In this document: in pieces, positions 22,284 through 29,797 of the stretch
How the letters are laid out: each line of letters begins with the position of its first letter
Position numbering within the stretch: the first letter of the stretch is position 1
From: an uncultured Candidatus Saccharibacteria bacterium
GTDB lineage: Bacteria > Patescibacteriota > Minisyncoccia > Phycocordibacterales > SBAW01
DNA length: 39,245 nt
Direction: 5' to 3'
NCBI GenBank assembly: GCA_964349995.1
Contig: CAYGIN010000001.1
Span: 1-39,245 of the forward strand
Notes under the pieces: model-generated
The model's input: the letters and a program-made list of their open reading frames with translations, nothing else
The model's database searches: none
Told to the model about the DNA's origin: nothing
Position numbers and translations under genes: made by a program

Positions 22284-23507
22284 ATGAAACAAGAATATAC
22301 AAAAAATAAATTATGGACGCACGCTACACTCCTTTTTCTTTGTATTGCCCTCGTATTTTTTCTCGTTGTTAGTGTAAGTCCCGCGCTGTCTCATACGGTA
22401 GCACGCCTCACCGCCAAGTTTTTTGTGATGTATTGTGCAGGACAGAGTGACAAAGCCGCATGTTATGAAGACAATGTGCCTCGCTTGCTCTATATAGCCT
22501 CTGTGGAGAATGTTTTTGGGGCGGTGCGTGAAATACAAAAACAAGATACATCATACCGTTTTTGTCACGTGCTTGGACATCAGATTGGTGTTGTTGAAGT
22601 TAGAAAGGATCCAATGTATTGGATGGATATTATGCATAAAAACCCCCCTGATGGTTTGTGTTCAAACGGCTACATCCACGGTGTTATTGTACAGAGATTT
22701 AGCCAATCAGTACTTTCGCCTGAACAAATTGACGCAATTGTTCCTGACCTTTCGCGCGCGTGTGAGGCATCGGCAGGGTGGAACCCAAGTGGACTTGATA
22801 AGGGGATGTGTTATCACGGCATGGGCCATGTCTTGACGCATATGACCGGCGCAGATATGCCGAGTGCGGTTTCGTATTGCAAGGAGATTTCAATTCATGG
22901 CATAGAAGACTACAGCCAGACCTGTATTTCAGGGGTGTTTATGCAGATATTTCAGCCGCTTGAGCCAGAAGACTATGCACTCATCGCGCATCTGCCGGTC
23001 AAACCGACAAAAGAAACACTCGCATCGTTTTGCGGTGTGTACGATACAGAGGAAGAACGGAGCGCTTGTTTTGGGGAGGGGTGGCCTCTCTTCCATGAAG
23101 AATTAAAAACAGCCGAAGGAATAAAAACATTTTGCACGACAAGCAATGTGGCCTCGACGCAGAAAAATTGTTTTATGACAGTGCTTTCCATAGGCGCGCG
23201 CGGGGCTTTGTCGGATCCTGAAAGACAAGAGACGATTTGTAGCACATTGCCTTCAGCGATCGGCAGGCAGTGTCTCGGCATTCTTGCCGTGGCATTCATC
23301 GAAGAAGACAGGACACAGGTTGAAAGTGCCACTGCTGTATGCGGCCGTGCGCCAGACACCTCTAAGGATTACTGTTACGAGTACCTGCTTGCACGGTCGG
23401 ACTTCACATTTGGCACGGACCTGCGAGCACGAGATGCTTTATGTAAAGCATTTCCTGATTCATGGCGTGTGCGTTGCGAGGCGGGGGAACGTCCGGAGAT
23501 ACGCTAA
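22284..23507 (+). CDS. Cys/His-rich repeat protein, family member 4 (407 aa)
   Basis: It is closest to member 1. Motifs: FCHVLGHQIG, LCSNGYIHG, MCYHGMGHVLTHM, TCISGVFMQIFQP. Confidence 0.85.
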   Translation: MKQEYTKNKLWTHATLLFLCIALVFFLVVSVSPALSHTVARLTAKFFVMYCAGQSDKAACYEDNVPRLLYIASVENVFGAVREIQKQDTSYRFCHVLGHQIGVVEVRKDPMYWMDIMHKNPPDGLCSNGYIHGVIVQRFSQSVLSPEQIDAIVPDLSRACEASAGWNPSGLDKGMCYHGMGHVLTHMTGADMPSAVSYCKEISIHGIEDYSQTCISGVFMQIFQPLEPEDYALIAHLPVKPTKETLASFCGVYDTEEERSACFGEGWPLFHEELKTAEGIKTFCTTSNVASTQKNCFMTVLSIGARGALSDPERQETICSTLPSAIGRQCLGILAVAFIEEDRTQVESATAVCGRAPDTSKDYCYEYLLARSDFTFGTDLRARDALCKAFPDSWRVRCEAGERPEIR

Positions 23508-23517
23508 TTATTGTAGT

Positions 23518-24039
23518 ATGTTTACTATGAAAACATTTCGAGCTTTGTGCATATACACAGCATTGTGCGTACCGCTTATATTGTCTGCCCACGGCACTGG
23601 CCGGTCCGTCGAGAAACAAGTAGGCGATTACCTTTTGGATATTGGGTATAACACCGAGACTATCGTTACAAGCAAGCCGGTGTATTTTGATTTCAAACTG
23701 TACCAACGCGGACCATCTCCAGGGAGTGCTCCTTTTGACGATGTGTGGGTACGTGTAGCAGAAGGCACAACAACATTGTTTGCGAGCGGTATTGCGTACA
23801 TGTCTTCAGGGGAGACAGGCATGATATACACGTTCGACCGCGCAGGGACCTATACAATGTCCGTTCGTTATGAGCGTGGAGAAACAGCGCTCGCGGAAAC
23901 AACCTTTGCGCTGGATGTCGTTCCGGAAACTACTACATCGTCTTCCTTTTTATACCTCAAACTTCTTATAGGAGCCGTCCTTGCGTGCGGAGCGATACTT
24001 CTTGCATATAAGCATATACGAGCGCGTGGTATCTTATAG
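23518..24039 (+). CDS. Small exported beta-rich protein with a C-terminal TM anchor (173 aa)
   Basis: The signal peptide is MFTMKTFRALCIYTALCVPLILSA, and the predicted mature end starts HGTG. An Ig-like-looking body (~130 aa) is followed by LLIGAVLACGAILLAY KHIRARG. I chose start ATG 23518, not the longer ORF from 23284 that overlaps the previous gene. Confidence 0.75.
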   Translation: MFTMKTFRALCIYTALCVPLILSAHGTGRSVEKQVGDYLLDIGYNTETIVTSKPVYFDFKLYQRGPSPGSAPFDDVWVRVAEGTTTLFASGIAYMSSGETGMIYTFDRAGTYTMSVRYERGETALAETTFALDVVPETTTSSSFLYLKLLIGAVLACGAILLAYKHIRARGIL

Positions 24040-24041
24040 GT

Positions 24042-24998
24042 ATGCGTTTGTGGAGGTTTTTCAAGTACAATAATGCGGTTCCCATCGTCCTCTCCCTCCT
24101 CCTCCTTTCGTTTGGGACGACACTTGCTGCAAGTCCTGAGATTCGTTCCGAGGTTGCGGCGAGTGTGTTTTCATCACAGACACGAGTCCTTTCGGTCGAC
24201 AATACTTACATAGCGAATAAAGATCTCTCCTCATATACACCGCGCGCAATTATCGCCGGAGTTTCTGAAGACCCTGAATTTTACTATGTCAGGTATTCGT
24301 TTAACACTATTGATATAAAAAATTCTGTTTGGCAGGATGTAACAAAAGACGAACTCATTAAAGTTCAAAAGACAGCATTGCGGGGCGGGGACCTAGGACT
24401 GTATGTCACGCGCGAACTGCGACAACGCATTGACCGTGAACTAGATATGCTGCGCCAAACCCAGCAAATAGAAAAAGTGCACGTCTCGCAGGAAGTTATT
24501 GCAACAGTCTACGGTGGGCTCATCGGTAAGTTTCTTGACGACACAACAGAGACACTTCCAGGATATGTGCCGGTGGTTACTCCGCCCGCAGCCCCTCCGT
24601 CAAATGATTCAGGAACAGGTAGTCCGCAACCATCATCCTCGGGTGATGTTGCACCACCCATTCAGGGAACCGGCACGCCTCCAACAATCCAAATCCTGGG
24701 CAACAATCCGAGTCGGATTGATATAGGTGTTACATATTCGGACCTTGGCATTGTAGTGACGGACTCCCTCGGGCATGACCTTGGCTACCAGATCTTTTTT
24801 GATGGCGTAAAAACCATGGAAGTCCAGCTTGATACGCGTGTTGCAGGTACACACACCATAAAATATGTTGCGGTGGACAGCGATGGCAATACAGCAGAAG
24901 CAACGAGGACTGTTATTGTAGGAACTCCTCCCGTGGTGTCAGAAAATGCTTCATCAACAGAAGCAACTGCGAGTTCGTCGGAGGATACTGCTCTCTAA
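24042..24998 (+). CDS. Exported protein with a C-terminal DUF5011/Ig-like domain
   Basis: It has a signal or anchor and a Pro-rich linker, then PPTIQILGNNPSRIDIGVTYSDLGIVVTDSLGHDL...GTHTIKYVAVDSDGNTAEATRTVIVG. That pattern is typical of DUF5011-type Ig domains. Confidence 0.75.
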   Translation: MRLWRFFKYNNAVPIVLSLLLLSFGTTLAASPEIRSEVAASVFSSQTRVLSVDNTYIANKDLSSYTPRAIIAGVSEDPEFYYVRYSFNTIDIKNSVWQDVTKDELIKVQKTALRGGDLGLYVTRELRQRIDRELDMLRQTQQIEKVHVSQEVIATVYGGLIGKFLDDTTETLPGYVPVVTPPAAPPSNDSGTGSPQPSSSGDVAPPIQGTGTPPTIQILGNNPSRIDIGVTYSDLGIVVTDSLGHDLGYQIFFDGVKTMEVQLDTRVAGTHTIKYVAVDSDGNTAEATRTVIVGTPPVVSENASSTEATASSSEDTAL

Positions 24999-25015
24999 AA
25001 GCACGGACCCTCTGT

Positions 25016-25021
25016 TATACT
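25016..25021 (+). promoter_or_regulatory. TATACT -10 box 8 nt upstream of the gap start codon
   Basis: Its spacing is identical to the other leaderless-type promoters in the window. Confidence 0.45.
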
Positions 25022-25029
25022 GAATCAGT

Positions 25030-26067
25030 ATGGCAATAAAAATTGCAATTAACGGATTTGGACGTATCGGTCGTGCATTTATGCGCGTCGCACACGAGCG
25101 TTCTGATTTTGAGATTGTCGCAATAAATGATCTTGGTGACGCAGAAAATCTAGGGTACTTACTTAAATACGATAGCGTGTACGGTACAGCGCCATTTTCT
25201 GTTGAGGCAGGGGAGCACTCTCTTATAGTTGAAGGAAGACAAATCCCCGTATATGCAGAAGCAGATCCAATAAAATTACCGTGGGGAAAGCTCGGTGTCG
25301 ACATCGTTGTTGAAAGCACAGGGTTTTTCACAAGCTACGAAAAATCAAAAGTTCATCTCAGCGCCGGTGCTAAGAGGGTTGTGATAACTGCGCCGGTTAA
25401 AGACGACGCGCCGGAGGGTATTGCGGGTGCCACCGTATTGATTGGCATCAACGACGACAAGTTTGAAGGCGCAATGATTACTTCAAACGCATCGTGCACG
25501 ACAAACGCAGCAAGCCCACTTATTCAGATTTTGGAAGAGGGTCTTGGTATTGAAAAAGCGGTGCTTTCGACGACGCACGGATATACTGCATCGCAAAACT
25601 TAGTCGATGGTCCAGTCAGGCGTGCAAAACTTAAAGAAGATTTTCGTGATGGTCGGGCAGCTGCACACAACATCATCCCATCTTCTACTGGGGCCGCTAT
25701 TGCAGTAACAAAAGCAGTGCCTGCATTGGCAGGGAAGTTCGACGGCATCTCGCTGCGAGTACCTGTCATCGCCGGCTCTATAGCTGACGTAACGTTTATC
25801 TCAAAGCGCGCAACAAGCGTGCAAGAGGTGAATGATCTTTTGAAGAAGGCGGCCACTGATGAAAGATGGAAACCGGTATTTGCCGTAACTGATGAACCGC
25901 TCGTTTCGAGCGACATTGTCGGAAGCGCAGTTGCGTCTATCGCTGACCTCTCACTCACGCGGGTTATTGACGGAAACTTAGTGAAGGTTATGGCATGGTA
26001 CGACAATGAGATGGGGTATACACATGCACTTGTTGAACATGTCACACGGTTAGCAAAACATATTTAA
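25030..26067 (+). CDS. gap: Type I glyceraldehyde-3-phosphate dehydrogenase
   Basis: It has INGFGRIGR (NAD binding) and SNASCTTN (catalytic Cys), and has GAPDH layout along its full length. Confidence 0.95.
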   Translation: MAIKIAINGFGRIGRAFMRVAHERSDFEIVAINDLGDAENLGYLLKYDSVYGTAPFSVEAGEHSLIVEGRQIPVYAEADPIKLPWGKLGVDIVVESTGFFTSYEKSKVHLSAGAKRVVITAPVKDDAPEGIAGATVLIGINDDKFEGAMITSNASCTTNAASPLIQILEEGLGIEKAVLSTTHGYTASQNLVDGPVRRAKLKEDFRDGRAAAHNIIPSSTGAAIAVTKAVPALAGKFDGISLRVPVIAGSIADVTFISKRATSVQEVNDLLKKAATDERWKPVFAVTDEPLVSSDIVGSAVASIADLSLTRVIDGNLVKVMAWYDNEMGYTHALVEHVTRLAKHI

Positions 26068-26073
26068 AATACT

Positions 26074-26520
26074 ATGCAGATATATATAGCTTCCGATCAT
26101 GCCGGGTTTGAATTAAAGAGCGCACTCATCTCTTTTTTGAAGGAGCTTGGACATGAAGTCGAAGACTGTGGCGCTTCTATATATAAGGAAGATGATGACT
26201 ACCCGGACTTCATTATGCCGTGCGCTCAAAAAGTGGCTCAGAATAAAGGTAGTTTTGGGATTGTCATAGGTGGGTCAGGGCAAGGAGAGGCCATTGCAGC
26301 TAATCGTATTAAAGGAGTCCGTGCAGCCGTCTACTATGGAGGAGATATATCGGTTGTGCCAACTGCACGTACACACAATGATGCCAATATTCTTTCGTTC
26401 GGCGCACGTTTTATAAATGGAGAAAGTGCAAAAATGGTGGTTGAGTTGTTTTTGACAACGCCATTTAGCGGAGAAGAACGTCATGTGCGTCGCAACGCAA
26501 AACTAGATTCCAATGATTGA
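26074..26520 (+). CDS. rpiB: Ribose-5-phosphate isomerase B
   Basis: It begins IYIASDHAGFELK. GGSGQGEAIAANRIKGVRAA matches the RpiB variant that has Gly-Gly-Ser-Gly-x-Gly-Glu in place of Cys-Gly-Thr-Gly, as in the mycobacterial type. Confidence 0.9.
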   Translation: MQIYIASDHAGFELKSALISFLKELGHEVEDCGASIYKEDDDYPDFIMPCAQKVAQNKGSFGIVIGGSGQGEAIAANRIKGVRAAVYYGGDISVVPTARTHNDANILSFGARFINGESAKMVVELFLTTPFSGEERHVRRNAKLDSND

Positions 26521-27148
26521 AATAATCCCCGCACTACTTCCAAAGACTTTAGATGAACTCGAGATAGGGCTCGCAAGTCTGCGCGGTGTGGCGCCTGTAG
26601 TGCAGGTCGATCTTGTTGGGGAAAATATTCTTGCTGGAGAAACAGCAATGCCTTTGTGGGAAAATTTTGATTTCGAATTTGATATTATGTTGCCCGACCC
26701 GGCGGCACATACAGAAAAGTGTGTCGCGCTTGGTGCGTCACGTATTGTCATACATGCGGACGCAAAAAATGCGAAAGAGGCGCTCGAGGGTATACAGCAT
26801 CTGCGTGGAGGTAGCTACGCCGTGGAGGCAGGTATTGCGCTACGCGCACATGATGAGCCTTCGGCGCTTGTGCCGTTTGAAAGCCTCTTCGACTACGTGC
26901 AGGTTATGGGGATAGATATCATAGGAACACAAGGTCAACCACCCGACCCTCATCATAAAGAACTGGAACTTCTAAAAGCTCTTCGCGCACTTTACCCAAA
27001 CCTTCCGCTACAGTGTGACGGTGCGGTGGCGGCACATCCACGTGAAATTGTAGATGCTGGCGCAACGCGTCTCGTCGTCGGATCGGGAATAATTAAAGCG
27101 GAGAATCCTTCCCAGGCGCTTGAGCAACTTCGAAAAGAAATAGAATAA
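26513..27148 (+). CDS. Divergent ribulose-phosphate 3-epimerase-like TIM-barrel protein
   Basis: The strand pattern aligns with Rpe: IIPALLP, VQVDLVGE, FDIMLPDP, VQVMGIDIIGTQGQP, LQCDGAV, VVGSGII. However, the canonical His/Asp metal ligands look substituted. It sits between rpiB and transketolase. Confidence 0.55.
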   Translation: MIEIIPALLPKTLDELEIGLASLRGVAPVVQVDLVGENILAGETAMPLWENFDFEFDIMLPDPAAHTEKCVALGASRIVIHADAKNAKEALEGIQHLRGGSYAVEAGIALRAHDEPSALVPFESLFDYVQVMGIDIIGTQGQPPDPHHKELELLKALRALYPNLPLQCDGAVAAHPREIVDAGATRLVVGSGIIKAENPSQALEQLRKEIE

Positions 27149-27171
27149 GTAACGTATACTTTGCTATAGGT

Positions 27172-28029
27172 ATGGTGCTTACTGAAGGAAAAGTAAAGGA
27201 GCTCGAACTCAAAGCGGAAACTGTCCGTGAGACCGTTATTGAAATGCTCATGGCTGCAGGTTCTGGACATACCGCGGGCCCCATGGGCATGGCGGATATT
27301 TTTACTGCATTTTATTTTAATATTCTCCGGCACGATCCTACACATCCAGACTGGGAAGATCGCGATAGACTTTTCCTTTCAAACGGACATATCGTACCTG
27401 TGCGTTATGCGGCTATGGCACATGCGGGATATTTTCCTATTGAAGAGTGTTTAACACTGCGAAAGTTTGGCTCGCGTTTGCAGGGCCATCCGGAACGTCT
27501 GCGTCTGCCAGGGCTTGAAACAACATCGGGGCCACTTGGCTCAGGTCTGTCGCAAGCGGCGGGGTATGCGTACGGTGCACGCATGGACGGTAAAACGTTC
27601 CGCGTGTATTGCGTCATGTCCGATGGTGAGCAAGATGCAGGTAATATATGGGAAGCCGCTATGTTTGCAGGCAACAATAAACTTTCAAATCTTACAGCGG
27701 TTATGGATCGCAACAATATTCAGATAGATGGTATGACGGAGAATGTAATGCCTCTGGAAAATTTACGCGCGAAATATGAAGCCTTTAATTGGCACGTCAT
27801 TGAAGTCGATGGACATAATATGCGTGAGTTTATTAATGCAGTTGAACAGGCGAAGGCAATCTATGAACGACCTACACTTATCCTGGCCCATACGATTCCA
27901 GGTAAAGGGATTAAGGAGATAGAATTCGACTATACGTGGCATGGTAAACCGCCAACTAAGGAAGAAGGGCAGAAGTTTTTGAAAGAATTAAGAACATTGA
28001 AGGGTGCAATAATAAGTGAACACGAATAA
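27172..28029 (+). CDS. tkt: Transketolase, N-terminal (TPP-binding) subunit
   Basis: Motifs: GSGHTAGPMGMADI, LSNGH, GPLGSGLSQAAG, DGEQDAGNIWEA. It is a 285-aa split form. Confidence 0.9.
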   Translation: MVLTEGKVKELELKAETVRETVIEMLMAAGSGHTAGPMGMADIFTAFYFNILRHDPTHPDWEDRDRLFLSNGHIVPVRYAAMAHAGYFPIEECLTLRKFGSRLQGHPERLRLPGLETTSGPLGSGLSQAAGYAYGARMDGKTFRVYCVMSDGEQDAGNIWEAAMFAGNNKLSNLTAVMDRNNIQIDGMTENVMPLENLRAKYEAFNWHVIEVDGHNMREFINAVEQAKAIYERPTLILAHTIPGKGIKEIEFDYTWHGKPPTKEEGQKFLKELRTLKGAIISEHE

Positions 28030-28038
28030 AATATACGT

Positions 28039-28599
28039 ATGGCAAATTCACAACTTACAGCATACATACAGGAGAATCTCTCAAAGTTTTCTAAAGAGGC
28101 TATTATCCAGTCGCTTTCAAGTGCGGGATGGTCGGCCATAGATATTTCTGCTGCATTTATGGAACTTGAGCATCCAGCGCCTATACAGAAACCAACGTTG
28201 TCTCAACCAGCTGCAGCACCTGCCCGTCCGGCAGGCGGGTCTGCACCGTCTGTGGCAATTCCACCAGCATCTGCGATAGCTATTGAGATACCAGTAGCAG
28301 CTCCACTAACGAGCACACCTCCCGTGCAGATAAAACCACAACCATCAGACACAAACGATGCCTTTTTAGCTGAAATGACAAAACGTCGCAAAGAAGCAGA
28401 GGCACTTAATCCTCAAGTACTTTCGCAAGGTGACGTAACATTTTCTGTCGGCTCTACTCAAAGTCCCGCCGTTACACAAGGCGGCCTTGTTGGCATGGTT
28501 CTTAAGACCGGGTTGGTTAAAACGGAGCAACAAGCAAATATTGTTTTGATTTGTGTTGCTGTAGTGTGTTTCGGTTTTTCACTTTGGTTCATTCTTTAG
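28039..28599 (+). CDS. Hypothetical Pro/Ala-rich protein with a C-terminal TM helix, inserted between the transketolase halves
   Basis: It has a small N-terminal helical domain, a PAPIQKPTLSQPAAAPARPAGG linker, and a C-terminal IVLICVAVVCFGFSLWFIL. Confidence 0.6.
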   Translation: MANSQLTAYIQENLSKFSKEAIIQSLSSAGWSAIDISAAFMELEHPAPIQKPTLSQPAAAPARPAGGSAPSVAIPPASAIAIEIPVAAPLTSTPPVQIKPQPSDTNDAFLAEMTKRRKEAEALNPQVLSQGDVTFSVGSTQSPAVTQGGLVGMVLKTGLVKTEQQANIVLICVAVVCFGFSLWFIL

Positions 28600-28610
28600 T
28601 TCCACCCAAG

Positions 28611-29597
28611 ATGAGTATCACAAAACATCTCGTACAAAACGTTCTTGAAAAACCAGAATATGCGCCCACGCGCGATGGGTTTGGTGAAGGGCTTTTAGAA
28701 CTTGGAGAAAAAGATCCACGTGTTGTTGCGCTATGTGCAGATTTGTCGGAGTCTACGCGCATGCTCGCATTTAAAGAAAAATATCCCCAGAGGTTTATTG
28801 AAGTGGGTGTTGCTGAGCAAAATTTAGCAACCCTAGCTTCGGGTTTGGCAAATTATGGAAAAATTCCATTTATTGCATCGTATGCGGCGTTTTCTCCTGG
28901 TCGTAATAATGAACAGATCCGTACAACCATTTCACTCAACAATGTTCCTGTAAAAATTGTTGGCTCGCACGCAGGGCTTTCTGTGGGTCCAGACGGTGCG
29001 ACACACCAGGCGCTCGAAGACATTGCACTTATGCGCGTGCAACCTAACATGACGGTACTTTCACCGTGTGACAAAGAGGAAGCACGTAAGGCAACCTTGG
29101 CCGCCGCCGCACATCCTGGACCTGTGTACATTCGTCTCGCGCGTGAAAAAACGCCAATCATTACCACGGCTGATTCGCCATTTGAGATAGGGAAAGCGAC
29201 ACAGCTATGGAGTGGCGATAATCCACAAGTTGTTATATTTGCGACCGGGCCACTGGTGCACAATGCGCTTGTTGCAGCGCGGGCACTCGCAAGCGAAATC
29301 TCCGTAACGGTGATAAATATACACACCATCAAGCCGCTCGACGAATCGACAATTGTGGCTGCCGCAAAACAGGCAGGTGCGGTAGTAACCGTAGAAGAAC
29401 ATCAAGTTGCGGGAGGTCTAGGAAGTGCAATTGCGGAAGTACTCGCACGGCAGTATTCAGTCCCAGTAGAGTTTGTCGGTGTGCATAACCGCTTTGGTCA
29501 ATCGGGGGAAAGTGTAGAATTATGGAGAGAATACAAACTCGACGCCCTCAGCATACAAGCTGCGATACGAGCTGTATTTGCTCGAAAATTAACATAA
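28611..29597 (+). CDS. tkt: Transketolase, C-terminal (pyrimidine-binding) subunit
   Basis: Motifs: TRDGFGEGLLELG, FIEVGVAEQNL, and GPDGATHQALEDIALMR. I chose start ATG 28611, not 28551, which overlaps the previous gene. Confidence 0.9.
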   Translation: MSITKHLVQNVLEKPEYAPTRDGFGEGLLELGEKDPRVVALCADLSESTRMLAFKEKYPQRFIEVGVAEQNLATLASGLANYGKIPFIASYAAFSPGRNNEQIRTTISLNNVPVKIVGSHAGLSVGPDGATHQALEDIALMRVQPNMTVLSPCDKEEARKATLAAAAHPGPVYIRLAREKTPIITTADSPFEIGKATQLWSGDNPQVVIFATGPLVHNALVAARALASEISVTVINIHTIKPLDESTIVAAAKQAGAVVTVEEHQVAGGLGSAIAEVLARQYSVPVEFVGVHNRFGQSGESVELWREYKLDALSIQAAIRAVFARKLT

Positions 29598-29604
29598 CAT
29601 CTTT

Positions 29605-29796
29605 ATGGTTGAACTGACTCAACGAAAAGCAGATTTTCTCCGCTCATGGATTAGCCCCTTCATAAGTTTGATGTTTGTAGGAAGTTTTGCACTAGGGGCA
29701 TTTTTGATCGTATACAATGCAGCCTTTGGGAAAAACCCTATTGCAGACGCTTTTGCCACTGCGTTTGAGCAACGCACGACATTGCCAGACAAATAA
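29605..29796 (+). CDS. Small membrane protein (63 aa), hypothetical
   Basis: It has one TM helix (FISLMFVGSFALGAFLIVY) and fits exactly between neighbouring genes. Confidence 0.5.
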   Translation: MVELTQRKADFLRSWISPFISLMFVGSFALGAFLIVYNAAFGKNPIADAFATAFEQRTTLPDK

Positions 29797-29797
29797 A

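Noticed and set aside
25524-26045. Long antisense ORFs inside housekeeping genes: 25524..26045 (-), 28853..29332 (-), 34409..34894 (-), 35198..35602 (-), 31092..31379 (-), 38869..39237 (-)
   Set aside because: Each lies opposite a confidently identified conserved gene (gap, tkt, prfA, rpsB, fba, pheS). Their products are Ser/Ala/Arg-rich, as is typical of antisense frames.
26518-26520. Alternative genetic code with TGA recoded, as in Gracilibacteria and Absconditabacteria
   Set aside because: TGA terminates well-conserved genes at the expected length (rpiB at 26518-26520, both partner proteins, peptide B, and 19943..21190). No conserved gene needs read-through of an in-frame TGA.
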